From assembly GCA_046706305.1 (NCBI GenBank), contig JBJKPQ010000069.1:462-64461 (forward strand): DNA of 64,000 nt, given 5' to 3'. Positions 30,066-42,200 of this stretch are shown here, piece after piece. A program made the translations under genes and the position numbers. The first letter of the stretch is position 1; each line of letters starts with the position of its first letter. The notes beneath the pieces were generated by a model, which worked only from the letters and a program-made list of their open reading frames with translations, was not told the DNA's origin and ran no database searches. This DNA is from Bacteroidales bacterium (lineage in GTDB: Bacteria > Bacteroidota > Bacteroidia > Bacteroidales > VadinHA17).

Positions 30066-31445
30066 TTATCTTACAAATACCTTATATCCCCATGGACCAA
30101 TCTTCAGACTATCCGACAGAGGCACAGAAACCCTTTCGCCGCTGAAGTAATCGGTATAATCTCCGCGTAGTTTCTTCATCCTGGGTTTAACAGATACCGG
30201 TTTGTTGCTAAGATTCAGAAAAACAACAATACGGTTATTGTCTTTGTCCCTGTAATATGCAAAGACCCTCCTGTCCCTGGATGTAGGTATGGAATCCATA
30301 GCACCACCGAAATCACCATTCCAGAGAGCCATATCATTTTCTTTTAAGGCAATAAGCTTTGTATAGAATGATGTAAGTTTACAGGTGTCCCACCTTATAG
30401 TATCCTTTTCAAAAAACTTAAGGCTTTTATCAAGACAATCCTCCTGACCATTGTAAAGCAATGGGACACCCCTGGTTGTGAACATAAATACTGCAAAGGC
30501 CTCCTGTGCATCTCCAAGCCTTGAGTTGATAGTACCGTTCCACGAGTTTTCATCATGATTGTCAAGAAAGACCATCCTGTAAACATTCGAAGGATATGTA
30601 GCTTTCTCTTTCCTGTAGTATTTCCTTAGACTGCTGACACTGTCTTTCCCCTGGGCAATACTGTTCATCAGGTGATGAAGCTCCCATGAGTAGTTCATAT
30701 CAAAGCCTTTCTCAAGGAACTCAGGTTTGTCTTCATTCTCGGCAAGCATAAATACCGGTTTTATCTTTGACAGTTCTGTTCTGACCCTTTCCCAGAAGGC
30801 CACAGGCGTATTTCCGGGAAAATCGACCCTGAAACCATCCACTCCCAGTTCCACCCAGAACTTAAGGGCATTAAGCATATAATCCTGCAGGTCCTTATTT
30901 GACCAGTCAAACTGGATCACATCGGTCCAGTCGGTTCCGACAGGCGGTTTAAAATGCCCTGATGAATCCCTTTCATACCAGTCGGGATGTTCTACAGTCA
31001 GGTTATTATCCCATGAGGAGTGGTTCGGCACCCAGTCGATAATAACATGAAAACCCATATCATGTGCTTCGGAAACAACTTTTTTAAAGTCATCAAGTGT
31101 CCCGAATTCAGGGTTAACATTCATATAATCCTTCACTGAATAATAACTTCCGAGCGGTTCTTTCCTGTTCTTTACACCAATGGGAGTTATAGGCATAAAC
31201 CATAAAACATTTACCCCCAGCTTATTAAGTCTTGGAAGATGTTTTGCGAAAGCATCAAAGGTCCCTTCAGGAGTAAACTGTCTTACGTTGACTTCATATA
31301 GAACTGCATTCTTTGACCAATCGGGGTGAACCACTTCTGATAAAAAGGGCTGAATTTCCTTTTTCCCTCCGGAGACTGTACATCCGGCTATAGCAAATAC
31401 AACTGCGAGCAGAACCAAAAGCAGGGTGAGATGAATTTTGTCCAT
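30066..31445 (-). CDS. GH13 alpha-amylase, lipoprotein
   Basis: Lipobox IAGCT. GH13 regions DWVPNHSS, GFRVDFPG, MLAENE and FLDNHDE. Confidence 0.9.
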   Translation of the reverse strand: MDKIHLTLLLVLLAVVFAIAGCTVSGGKKEIQPFLSEVVHPDWSKNAVLYEVNVRQFTPEGTFDAFAKHLPRLNKLGVNVLWFMPITPIGVKNRKEPLGSYYSVKDYMNVNPEFGTLDDFKKVVSEAHDMGFHVIIDWVPNHSSWDNNLTVEHPDWYERDSSGHFKPPVGTDWTDVIQFDWSNKDLQDYMLNALKFWVELGVDGFRVDFPGNTPVAFWERVRTELSKIKPVFMLAENEDKPEFLEKGFDMNYSWELHHLMNSIAQGKDSVSSLRKYYRKEKATYPSNVYRMVFLDNHDENSWNGTINSRLGDAQEAFAVFMFTTRGVPLLYNGQEDCLDKSLKFFEKDTIRWDTCKLTSFYTKLIALKENDMALWNGDFGGAMDSIPTSRDRRVFAYYRDKDNNRIVVFLNLSNKPVSVKPRMKKLRGDYTDYFSGERVSVPLSDSLKIGPWGYKVFVR

Positions 31446-31505
31446 ATCTGAAATTATTAAATAAATGATTTTGAATTGGTTTCGGTTATTAATAGGTAAA
31501 CAAAT

Positions 31506-33824
31506 TTACTTTGTTTTAGTTTTAACTTCAAGTTTTTTATTGCCTCCTACTATATAGCCATCATCAAAAATGATGATTCCCAGCTCATTGTCTGACAAAT
31601 TATTAATGACAACATCGTTTTGTGTAACCCTGACCTTTATCTTTCTTCCCCTGAAGCGCACCTTAAAGGAATATGATTTCCACTCAGCCGGTATCTGCGG
31701 GTTAAGCTTAATAATATCTCCGGCTATCCTCAGTCCGCCAAAACCTTCTACGACAGCCAGCCATGTGCCTGCCATGCTTGTAATATGAAGCCCGTCCGAC
31801 ACTTCATTATTATAATCATCAAGATCGAGCCTGGCTGTCCGGAGATATAATTCATAGGCTTTATCAATCTGGCCGATACGTGAAGCCATAATGGAATGTA
31901 TACATGCCGACAGGGAAGATTCATGAACGCACATAGGCTCATAGAAATTAAAATTACGCTCAATAGTCTCAGTATCAAACCTTTCTTCAAGAACATATAA
32001 GCCCTGTATAACATCTGCCTGTTTGATAAAACACGACCGGAGTATCCTGTCCCAGGACCAGTGCTGGTTAATAGGTCTTTCAACTGCGGGGATTTCGCCA
32101 GCCGGCATAAGTTCCTTATCAAGGAATCCATCCTGTTGCAGGAAAACATTCTTTTCATCATCATAGGGGAAATGCATTTCTCTTATAATATTCTTCCACC
32201 TTCCTGCCTCATCAGTATAGTCAAAGCCTGTTTTATCATATATTTCTTTTAACCTGGCAGGGTTCTCATCAGTGAGCCTGTCAATGTTCTCAAGTGTATA
32301 CGAAAGAGTCCAGACTGCCATGGTATTGGTGTACCAGTTGTTGTTAACATTATTTTCGTATTCATTGGGCCCGGTCACACCCAGGATCATGTATTTGCCT
32401 TTATTGCCGGAGAATGATGTCCGCTGGCTCCAGAATCTTGAAAGCCCTATAAGAACCTCGAGGCCGTAGTCTGCCATATAACTGTCATCGCCGGTATGTC
32501 TTATATAATTATAAATAGCGAATGCTATGGCGCCGTTCCTGTGTATTTCCTCGAAAGTTATCTCCCACTCATTGTGGCATTCCTCACCATTCATTGTCAC
32601 CATAGGATACAAGGCGGCTCCGCCATGAAAACCAAGTTTGACGGCATTCTCTATGCTTTTCTGAAGGTGCCTGTACCTGTATATTAAAAGGTTTTTTCCA
32701 ACTTTTTGTTCCGCTGTTTTCAGGAAAAAGGGCAGAACAAAGGCTTCAGTATCCCAGTAAGTGCTCCCACCATATTTTTCTCCCGTGAATCCTTTAGGAC
32801 CAATATTGAGCCTTTCATCTTTACCGGTATAAGTCTGGTTCAGATGGAAGATATTGAACCTTATTGCCTGCTGTGCTGCAATATCTCCTTCAATTACCAC
32901 ATCTGAGTTATCCCATATCCTCTCCCATTCATTTTTATGCTCCTCGAAGAGCCTTTCATATCCCTTTTCTACTGCCCTATCGAGGTGGTCTTTGACATCA
33001 GTGTGCAGGTTTTCCACAGCGTTGTTTAATGAGGAAAGAACAGATACATACTTATACAGGCATAACTCATCCCCGGGTTTAACCCTGACATCGAATATTG
33101 CGCCGGAATACTCTTTCCTGTCAATAAAATCAGATCCTGGTACTTTTTCGGCACCATTTTTTAACAGGTTGTTTTTCATTCCGTTTGATACATGAAAGCC
33201 TGTTTTCAGTGTCTTAGAAGTAACAATACCGTAATCTGCTGTTGTCTCTCTTGACACTTCTTCCCAGAACTTCTCCCCGTAATTTGTATCTTCATTTCTT
33301 ACATCAGCATCGATGAATGAATCTATCCGTACAGGACCTTCAAAATCCACCGAACTTATACAGTACCTTATCAGACCAAGATCGGGTTCAGCCATACTCA
33401 CAAAACGACGGGATAATATTTCGAGTGTTTTTTCGTCTTCCGTTTTTACCGAAAAAACTCTTTCAAGATATCCCTCATGCATATTGAGTATTCTCCTGAA
33501 TGAGACTATCTGCGAAACAGCCAGGTCAATTTCTTTTCCGTCAGCAGTTACTCTTATACCTGTCCATGAAGGTGCGTTAAGTACCTTTGCAAAATACTCC
33601 GGGTAACCGTTCTTCCACCAGCCTACCCTGGTCTTATCCGGGTAATATACTCCGGCAACATATGTGCCACGGAGACTATCTCCGGAATACTTCTCCTCGA
33701 AATTGGCCCTCTGGCCCATATAACCGTTACCAATAGAAAAAATACTTTCCGATTCACGGTTCATGTCCGGGTGAAAACCCTCTTCAACGACAAGCCATCC
33801 ATCCTTTTCATAAAGACTATTCAT
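31506..33824 (-). CDS. GH65 family glycoside phosphorylase (maltose/kojibiose phosphorylase type)
   Basis: 772 aa with GH65 three-domain size. Adjacent to, and overlapping by 4 nt, a beta-phosphoglucomutase gene, which is the canonical pairing. Confidence 0.88.
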   Translation of the reverse strand: MNSLYEKDGWLVVEEGFHPDMNRESESIFSIGNGYMGQRANFEEKYSGDSLRGTYVAGVYYPDKTRVGWWKNGYPEYFAKVLNAPSWTGIRVTADGKEIDLAVSQIVSFRRILNMHEGYLERVFSVKTEDEKTLEILSRRFVSMAEPDLGLIRYCISSVDFEGPVRIDSFIDADVRNEDTNYGEKFWEEVSRETTADYGIVTSKTLKTGFHVSNGMKNNLLKNGAEKVPGSDFIDRKEYSGAIFDVRVKPGDELCLYKYVSVLSSLNNAVENLHTDVKDHLDRAVEKGYERLFEEHKNEWERIWDNSDVVIEGDIAAQQAIRFNIFHLNQTYTGKDERLNIGPKGFTGEKYGGSTYWDTEAFVLPFFLKTAEQKVGKNLLIYRYRHLQKSIENAVKLGFHGGAALYPMVTMNGEECHNEWEITFEEIHRNGAIAFAIYNYIRHTGDDSYMADYGLEVLIGLSRFWSQRTSFSGNKGKYMILGVTGPNEYENNVNNNWYTNTMAVWTLSYTLENIDRLTDENPARLKEIYDKTGFDYTDEAGRWKNIIREMHFPYDDEKNVFLQQDGFLDKELMPAGEIPAVERPINQHWSWDRILRSCFIKQADVIQGLYVLEERFDTETIERNFNFYEPMCVHESSLSACIHSIMASRIGQIDKAYELYLRTARLDLDDYNNEVSDGLHITSMAGTWLAVVEGFGGLRIAGDIIKLNPQIPAEWKSYSFKVRFRGRKIKVRVTQNDVVINNLSDNELGIIIFDDGYIVGGNKKLEVKTKTK

Positions 33825-34486
33825 AAACTTATCCTTTCCTCCAGCTTTTTCAATTTTTCCAGACTCATCTCATATAATCCTCCAACGACAAGGTCAGCTT
33901 CACCCAATACATGCGGAGAACCTATACCAATGCACATCATCCCGGCATTCCTGGCTGCCTGTATTCCGGCAACTGCATCCTCAAACACAACACAGTTTCC
34001 GGGAGGAGTGTTCATCATCTCAGCTGCTTTTAAAAATACTTCCGGATCGGGTTTTGCCTTCTTAACCACATTACCATCGGCTACCGCGTCAAAAAGGTTT
34101 TTTATACCTACCCGTTCAAGTATCAAAGGAGTGTTCTTACTGGCCGAGCCAATTGCAACAGGCAGGCCTGCGGCTTTCACTTTCTTAATAAAATCGAGAG
34201 ACCCGGGTAATAATTCACCCGGTTCCATTTTGTTTATATATTCTTTATACCAGCCGTTTTTAAGGGTTGCAAATGATTCCTTTTCACTCCTGCTTAATTC
34301 GACACCCCCCAGTTCAAGAATGATCTCAAGTGATGCCATACGACTGACACCCTTCAGCCTTTCATTATGTTCTTCGGTGAAATCTATTCCCAGTTGGCCT
34401 GCCAGTCTTTTCCATGCCAGAAAATGATATTTTGCGGTATCAACTATTACCCCGTCCAGGTCAAAGATGCATGCTTCTGTCTTCAT
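33821..34486 (-). CDS. pgmB: Beta-phosphoglucomutase (HAD superfamily)
   Basis: HAD motif I FDLDGVIVDT, motif with GSASKN, and FEDAVAGIQAARNAGM. Coupled to the GH65 gene. Confidence 0.9.
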   Translation of the reverse strand: MKTEACIFDLDGVIVDTAKYHFLAWKRLAGQLGIDFTEEHNERLKGVSRMASLEIILELGGVELSRSEKESFATLKNGWYKEYINKMEPGELLPGSLDFIKKVKAAGLPVAIGSASKNTPLILERVGIKNLFDAVADGNVVKKAKPDPEVFLKAAEMMNTPPGNCVVFEDAVAGIQAARNAGMMCIGIGSPHVLGEADLVVGGLYEMSLEKLKKLEERISL

Positions 34487-36009
34487 TCAGTCTTTATACT
34501 TCTTTTATCATCAATATCATTCACAAAAAGAATCAGGACCGAGGCCACGAAAAGTGAAATGCCCCCGGCTACAATAGCATAAATACTCTCGCCATGGAAC
34601 AGATCCCGCACCATGAAACCAAGGATACTGGCAGCCAGAATCTGGGGAATTACGATAAAGAAATTAAAAATTCCCATATAGGTTCCCATTTTCCTGGCAG
34701 GAAGTGACCCTGTAAGAATTGCATAAGGCATTGCAAGGATACTGGCCCAGGCCACTCCTATACCAAGCATGGAAAAAACAAGCATTCCGGGGGTATGGAA
34801 CAGGTTGATAGATATAAGGCCGAGGCCACCTATTATAAGACTTATTGAATGAGTGATCCTCCTGTTGGTCCACCTTGCAATGACAGGCAGAAGAAATGCC
34901 ACAAGGGCAGCAAATCCGTTATATATACCAAACAAGTCTCCGACCCAGTTTGCACCTCTGTTATATAACTCGCTTGTAGTATCTGTGGTATGATAAATAT
35001 GTGTAGTTACGGCTGATGTGGTATAGATCCACATTGAGAACAGGGCAAACCATGAAAAAAACTGTACTATTGCAAGCTGTCCCATTGTTTTGGGCATTGA
35101 GAAGAGATCCCTCATAACAACAACAAGTCCGCTTTTGGTACTGCCTTTAGAAATAAACAGGCCTGCAATGATTTGGATAAGTCCGAATGTTCCTGCTCCT
35201 ACGGTAAGGATATACATCTCCTTTTCAAGATGAGTGTAGTATATAGCAATGCTTGTTATTATACCTGCGGCTAACCAGTAAAAGCCCCTGCGGTAAAAGG
35301 TATTGCTTCCTATTGCATTTTCCTCGTCGGGTTCACTTTCTGAACTTTCTTTTTCATCCTCCGTATATTCCTTTAACTGCTCGGGAGAATACTCTTTTGT
35401 TGTTATTACCGTTACCAGTACGGCGGCAATAAATACCGCTCCCCCGATATAAAAGGAGAGTCTCACCGATTGGGGTATCTGTCCTGCCGGGGCAGTGTTT
35501 TCAACGTTAAACCAGTTTGTCATCACCCAGGGCAGGAACGAGGCTATAACAGCACCCGTACCAATAAAAAAGCTCTGCGTTGCAAATCCCTTTGTCCTCT
35601 GGTCAGAGGGTAGCATATCACCTACAAATGCTCTGAAGGGCTCCATTGAGATGTTAATAGATGCATCCATAATCCACAGCATACCGGCAGCAAACCACAA
35701 TATTGGTGAATTGGGCATAATAATTATGGCTAATGATGCAAGAATGGCACCTGTAAGGAAATACGGACGCCGTCGGCCCAGCCTGTTCCAGGTATTATCA
35801 CTCATATGACCGATAATGGGTTGAATTATCAGTCCTGTTACAGGTGCTGCAATCCATAGGATAGGTATACTATCCACTTTGGCGCCCAGTGTCTCAAAGA
35901 TCCTGCTTACATTGGCATTTTGCAAAGCGAATCCAAACTGTATGCCGAAGAAGCCGAAACTCATATTCCATATCTGCCAGAAAGATAACCTGGGTTTTGA
36001 TTTTTTCAT
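34483..36009 (-). CDS. MFS/GPH-type sugar (maltose/maltodextrin) transporter
   Basis: 12 TM helices. N-terminus LSFWQIWNMSFGFFGIQFG and motif MSDNTWNRLGRRRPY, typical of SLC45/GPH-like sugar transporters. I prefer the ATG at 36009, because a CAAAAATA (TATTTTTG on the minus strand) -7 box at 36058-36065 overlaps the longer track start at 36060. Confidence 0.85.
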   Translation of the reverse strand: MKKSKPRLSFWQIWNMSFGFFGIQFGFALQNANVSRIFETLGAKVDSIPILWIAAPVTGLIIQPIIGHMSDNTWNRLGRRRPYFLTGAILASLAIIIMPNSPILWFAAGMLWIMDASINISMEPFRAFVGDMLPSDQRTKGFATQSFFIGTGAVIASFLPWVMTNWFNVENTAPAGQIPQSVRLSFYIGGAVFIAAVLVTVITTKEYSPEQLKEYTEDEKESSESEPDEENAIGSNTFYRRGFYWLAAGIITSIAIYYTHLEKEMYILTVGAGTFGLIQIIAGLFISKGSTKSGLVVVMRDLFSMPKTMGQLAIVQFFSWFALFSMWIYTTSAVTTHIYHTTDTTSELYNRGANWVGDLFGIYNGFAALVAFLLPVIARWTNRRITHSISLIIGGLGLISINLFHTPGMLVFSMLGIGVAWASILAMPYAILTGSLPARKMGTYMGIFNFFIVIPQILAASILGFMVRDLFHGESIYAIVAGGISLFVASVLILFVNDIDDKRSIKTE

Positions 36010-36298
36010 GAGATTTGTTTTTACCGGGATAAATGAATTTAGATTACGGGATTTACTCAAAAATATGGAAAATGAATATAATTCTGTTCATTCCTTTTAA
36101 GTTATTTTAACATTGCAATATACGGATGTATTAAAAGTTCTGGTTTATACCCCCTGCACACTAAAGAGTGTTATGTAAACATCTGATAATCAATAGACAC
36201 CTTCAGGGGATTTGATGGTAAATAAAAAGAGACTTATTTTACAGATATACCCAAAAATAATTTCCTGAATGTTAAAAAAGGCAAATCACCAGGTGCTT

Positions 36299-39200
36299 TT
36301 ATTGTATCAGGGTAAACTTAAGGCTGAAGCCGAAGTTGGTATTTGATGTTGGGAAAGTACTTGCAACAAATGGATTATTCATGGTACGGTCGGCAAATAT
36401 CTGCAGGTTAAACCTGTCACTCAGAACATAGTCTGCCGTGAGCCCTGCAGTAAATACTCTTTGTCCTACTACAGGCTGGTTTACATCTTCAACCAGTTTT
36501 CTTGCTATTGTCTTATTATCGCGTATGGAAAGGTCGAACCTCAGGTTCAGGTCACTCTTCAGTGCTCTCTGGCCGTTTCGCGATTTCAGAATAATCTGAA
36601 CATCATCGAACCTGTAACCCGCCCCTACTATCAGTTCATTTATTCTTGCATCTGCCACCTGGTTGCTTGTAAGGTTGAGCGATACGGTTCGCGACTTCCT
36701 CCATTCGAAGCGTGTTGTCAGGCTGTTTCTCCAGTTCATATCCACATTTATCAAAGGACTGAACTGCTCGCTAATAGTCACAACATCGATAGAATATTGA
36801 GGAACATAGTTGTTCTGAAGGTCTCTGATCCGGCTTATCCCCGCCTCATCAGGTGAGAAATTAAGGTTAGTTGTATATGATCCGACCTGGTAGGTACTCC
36901 TGTATTGATGCGACAGGTTTATTGAAGTAAAAATCTTCTGTACAAATTCAAATTTTGATAACCCGTCAAAGGTAATTCTCCAGTTTGGCATCATTTTCAT
37001 TGCCGAGGGAAAAGGATCGAGGGTAACCCGTGACGGATTTGTCTTTGTATATGCTGCAAGGAAAGCAGGTATTAGTACTTCACGTGAGGTCTTTCCATAG
37101 CCGCTCTTATATGGTCCGGTAATGGCTTCTCCTGTTTCAGGATCAATATCCGGATCATATGCAGGATCCGTTTTTTGTCGTTCAGCGGCCCTGCGTTCTG
37201 AAATTACGACAGTATTGTTTTTAAAGGCTTCAAAAGTAGGCGACACATAATCATTTGATTTTGAAATCTTTTCAAATGCAGTACCCCATGAGATAACAGA
37301 AATAGAGAAATTGCCCGATAAAATCCTGTTTCTTGTACTGTCAGGGAAATTCCCGTTATAATCGGCAATATAGTATGAGCTTACCTGTTGCAGGTGGCGC
37401 CGGTCAGCATTAAGGTCTATGCGCAGACCCGGGAAAGGTTCAATAAGGCTTCTCAGTGAGATACTCATGTTTTTATTAAAAGAAGCGGGGGTATTCAGCA
37501 GGGTATCTCTTGTAATCCAGCCATAGCTCATGGCGTTATTAAAGAAGTTCTCATTGCTGTAGCCCAGTATGAAGGGCCACCCCGGGGCCATTACATTATT
37601 ATAATCAGACATACCCAGGTATTTTGTACCCGGCAGGTAGCCCGGCAGATATTCACCCTGAGAAGAAGTATATGTTAAACTGACTGATCGTATTCCCATC
37701 AGTGCCCTTACAACATATTCTCCGGCCAGTATCAATGGATTCCTGTTCTTCTGCACCTGTCCTTCCACAGTAACGGTGGCACCGTCGACTTTTTTATCAG
37801 CAGTAAAATTAATCCTGTTATCACTGACAATCTCCATCTTCCCCTTAACTTCCTTCCCATCGCCGTCAACAACCTTTACCTTGATATCTTTTGTTTTGAG
37901 GTTGTGATAAATTGCCCTTTTGGTGCCCGGTCGCAGGTTAATGTTGCCCCTTGTATAAGTAACTGTCTTATATTCCGGTTTCATCCTCTGACGTGCATCT
38001 GGTCTGGTATCGTTTTCGATGCGTTTCATAAACCTCGATTTAGTATATAGAGATGCCAGGTTTGCCATAGTGGTAAGGGTCATCTCGCTGTGATTCTTAA
38101 CCGAATTACCAAGGTTTATATGCAGGCTGTCGGGGTACAGCGGGCCTGCCAGCCAGGTATAATCGCCGGAATAGCGGGCATTCGCATTGACCCATGAAAG
38201 AAGGGGAAGCTTATTGACCGGAATGGTATAGGTAACATTAAAGAAATGGTTGTAATCTGTTGTACGTCCGAAATTCTTTAGGTTGGTCATTACAGAATCG
38301 CGCCAGGCGTCATAGGTACTTGCATATCTTCGTTTATCCACTCCGCCGTCTGGTTCATCTATCCTTGCCAGGTTAGTTGCGGTGAAATCAAATTTAAGCT
38401 GACGGGTAATATCGTATTTAAAATCATAGATCCTGGTCCATTCAAAATCTTTTCTGAAAGAAGGTTCTATAAGAAGGTAAGGATTATCTATGTTCCTTGT
38501 TTTTATCTCGTTATAATCGCGGCTCAGGTCTGTCCTGAAAGAAAGGCTCTTTGGAAATAAATAGAAGTTAAAATCCTTAATGATCTTGAGGGCAGGAGAA
38601 TTCAGGAATTGTACTTTTTTAAAGGGCATCACATTCGCGGGTTGTGCCTGGAAGTCATAATTTATGCCACCCCTGTAATTTTTCTCAAGGTCAATTTCAG
38701 TGTTTATATTACTCCTGTATGTTTCATTATATGTATAATTTACGCTAAAGTTCGCAAGGTCCCATGCATGTGGTCTTTCTCCCCTCTTTGATATACCGGC
38801 ATTACTTACTGTAATTGTTTTCCTTCTTGCATAATCGTCTGAGATAGCTTTAATAGAGTCCCTTGCAGCCTTACTGCCTGCAGCATCGAGGGCATCTTTA
38901 AGTGGTATATCCGGATCGAGCGGGTTAAACTGCGGGCGTATCCTGCTTTCGGAATAACCTACATAGACAGGGAGCCGGACTCCAATTTTTTCAGGGAAAA
39001 ACTTACCCAGTTCTATATTGGAAGAAATATCATACTTAACTGCTTCTTCCTTGCTCCTGTCGTTCACACTTTTATCTATGCTTCCCCAACCCGGTGTACT
39101 GGTCTGTCCGACCATATCTACAGTACCAAGGTCAGCAAGATGAGCCTGCAGATGTGCATTGGCTGCCCAGCCTCCGTTTTCAATAAAATCATTCAGACGT

Positions 39201-42200
39201 AACTCGTTCACCCATACCTCTCCATATTTTGGAGCTCCGTCGTCGTTACTCCTGTCTCTCGTTCTGATAGGATTCCTTACTCCTACCATAATGACCCTCA
39301 CATTACTCATATTAGGGTTTCCCGATATTGATATCCTGGCATCACCTTTAGTATATACGAATACATCGGATATGCTCAGCGAGGAACCGGGTTTGAGCAT
39401 TTCGCTGTTACGTGCTTTTTTTGCTTCCTGCAAAAGAGAAAGATCAATATCGAAGCTGTTTGCTGCAGGCCAGACCCGTTCCCTGTCAGCATCCGAATTA
39501 TTATCATAATGCCCTGGCGGTGTAAGCTTCAGGGGCAGTTCATACTCATAGAAATTACCCTGGTAATCAGAACCCAGCCTGATGAAAGCAGTCAGTTCAT
39601 CGTCTCTCAGCGGATGACCTATTAATGCTTCAGCATGCACTTCCATACGCAGCTTACGGTATTGCCTCATATCAAGATTAACGGTCCTGAAAGCCGCCCT
39701 TGCATCACCGTCAGCCAGGTCTTCAACTTTCAGTACCATCGACTGTTCATTAAGCTGTCTTAGTTGAGGATTCTGAGGATCAGTCACCCTGGTAAAACCG
39801 GGAGGCAGTACATAATTAACGGGTTCTTTGCCGGAGTTCTCTTCAATACTCACGGAACTTATTTCAAAACTGCCGTCAGAAGGCTCAGGTATCGTTACCC
39901 TCTCACCCCCCTCCATAAATGAGAGATTGTATTTTCTCCATTCTGCCCTCACCAGGTTCAGTTCAGCAAAACGAAGGATAACCGGCTGGCTGAAATCCTT
40001 CAGGAACATTCGCATGAAGCGTATCGACTTAAAATCTTTTATAGGTCCTACCACTTTCTGATAATCGGTAATAGGTATCCTGAACTGATACCATTTTACT
40101 TTCGATTTCTTTCCATTGGCGAATGTTGCATCATATTGTATCTCATCCACTACATAGTCAGATCCCACCTTTATATCAGACGGGCGAAGGCTTACCTTAT
40201 ACTGGTAATAGCTTTCCGTCTCGCTTAGGGTATTATCACGGTTAATATCCTCCATATCGGGGAGTGTCGATCCCGAGGTGGGGTAAGATTCTTTCGACAT
40301 AGCGGCAGTGGGGGAATTGCCCTCTTCGCCGTTATAGTTTTTATACCTGTCGAGTATACCCAGTTGTTCCGAATCATAATCGGATCCCCTGAAATAATGG
40401 AAGTCATCTCCTGACGGATCTTTCTGAATTTTTGTATAAGCTTCGGGAGTTGTTATCATCATAGATTTCTGAAGATAATCTTTAAAGAATGTATCTTCAT
40501 CGGGGTCTCTAAGGCCGTCCAGCCCCACATCCTGATACAGGCGCGACTCAGGGGCATTATCGAAAGCATTTACAACAGCCTGTACAGTAGGAACCCTTCC
40601 CCATGCTGTTGTGTCGACATTTTTCACATCAGGTGAACCGGGAAGCCCGTTCTCAAAACTCTTCCTTGAATCTCGCAGGATATCCTCAGAAATATTACCA
40701 AGATCGAAGTAGAGGTCCCCTCCTTCTGCATCAGGATTGTCGACAAAAGGATCCATGAGCCAGAACTCAACATACTGGATATTGGCGCTTTCGAAATCGC
40801 TTGTAAGCACCTCCCTCATTATTCCGCCCCATCTCGATTTAGGATCATTAAGCTGACCGTCCTGGTTCATACCTGCCGAATACTGACCCGGATCGGTATC
40901 ATAGTTATAAGGGCCTTTCTCTCCCGGATAATATGCCAGGTTAAGTACCGCTATTGCTGTTGGTATGCCACTTGCGCTTTCTTTATATGGAAATATCTCA
41001 TTTTCATATATTTCCCTGACAAAATGGCTAGACTGGTAATCCGGATTATTCCTTATATAAGACGGTGTCGAAGATCCGTTCCTCAGGAACAGGGGGTCGA
41101 TTACATACCATGCCAGCTTAGCCCTGTTATAACCGCTTACCGGGTCATTATTAAACCTGGCCTCCGGGAAGAGTTTGTCCTGACCCTGCGGTACACTTGA
41201 TATGGACCAGGCATTAAAAGCTTTCAGGTCGAGGGGTATTTCGCTCGACTCAAAATCGTCTATGTAGGAATTACCTGCTCCCGAAATAGCTTTTGAATGA
41301 CCCGGGATCAGGTTTGCAAATTCACCAAAAAATGAAATAGTGGAAGGCGTTTTTGTATGAAGAAAGGGCAGCTTGTCAATAATATTTGTAAGAACCTGCG
41401 ATTGTGACTTATAAGAAGTATTCAGGCCCCATATAGTATTGGATATCGGCTCTTCTCCATAGTTAACCTTTTGTGTATAAGGCCTTTCGTTGAGGTGAAG
41501 TATTGTTGCTCCAATATCAAAATTATCTGAGAACTTATAATCGAGATGGGTTCCCACAAGGGTCTTGGTCTGGAAACCGAAAAACTGGTTGTTTTCGAGT
41601 GACACCTGTATTGGAGTCTGCGATTCTATAAGGGCGCTGTTAATAATCCTTACAGTCCCCATATTATAGTCGACCGTATAATCAAGATTCTCTGTAAGAG
41701 GGACTCCTCCCGCAGTGACCTTTACAGACCCCTGCGGGATGTTTGTGGCATTCAGCCTTATCTCCGAACCCGACTCGGAAGAATATTGTCCTGCAAGCCT
41801 GAACTTGTTTTTCTCTGCCATCTGTCTTGCAACAGTCTGAGTTGAGTCGTAGAGTTCCTGGAAGACATATTTGGCTGCCAGAGCGGGATCACCTATCTTT
41901 TCACGAAGATGATTACCGAAAGGCTCTATTTCGGGAAAGATTATTTTCCCCCGGTCCACCATCACGGTCACACCGTCAATAAAGTCGAAGAAACCATCGG
42001 GCTGCCTGTCGAGCTGAGAATTAAGGTTGTCGAGTCCCATGACCTGAAGAAGTATTTGCTTGGATAACTTGCCTTCAGGGAGGTAATTTATGGAGTTACC
42101 TGTTTTATCATCCATATAGAGGACATTCAGGACAAAGTCTTTTGCATCAAGTTTTCCTGAACCAAGGGAATAAATATTTTTCATCATTAGCTTCCATGTC

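Noticed and set aside
33771-34427. 218-aa plus-strand ORF
   Set aside because: It lies entirely antisense to the well-supported beta-phosphoglucomutase gene. It is Ser/Pro/Ala-rich and low in complexity, with no motifs, so it is a typical shadow ORF.
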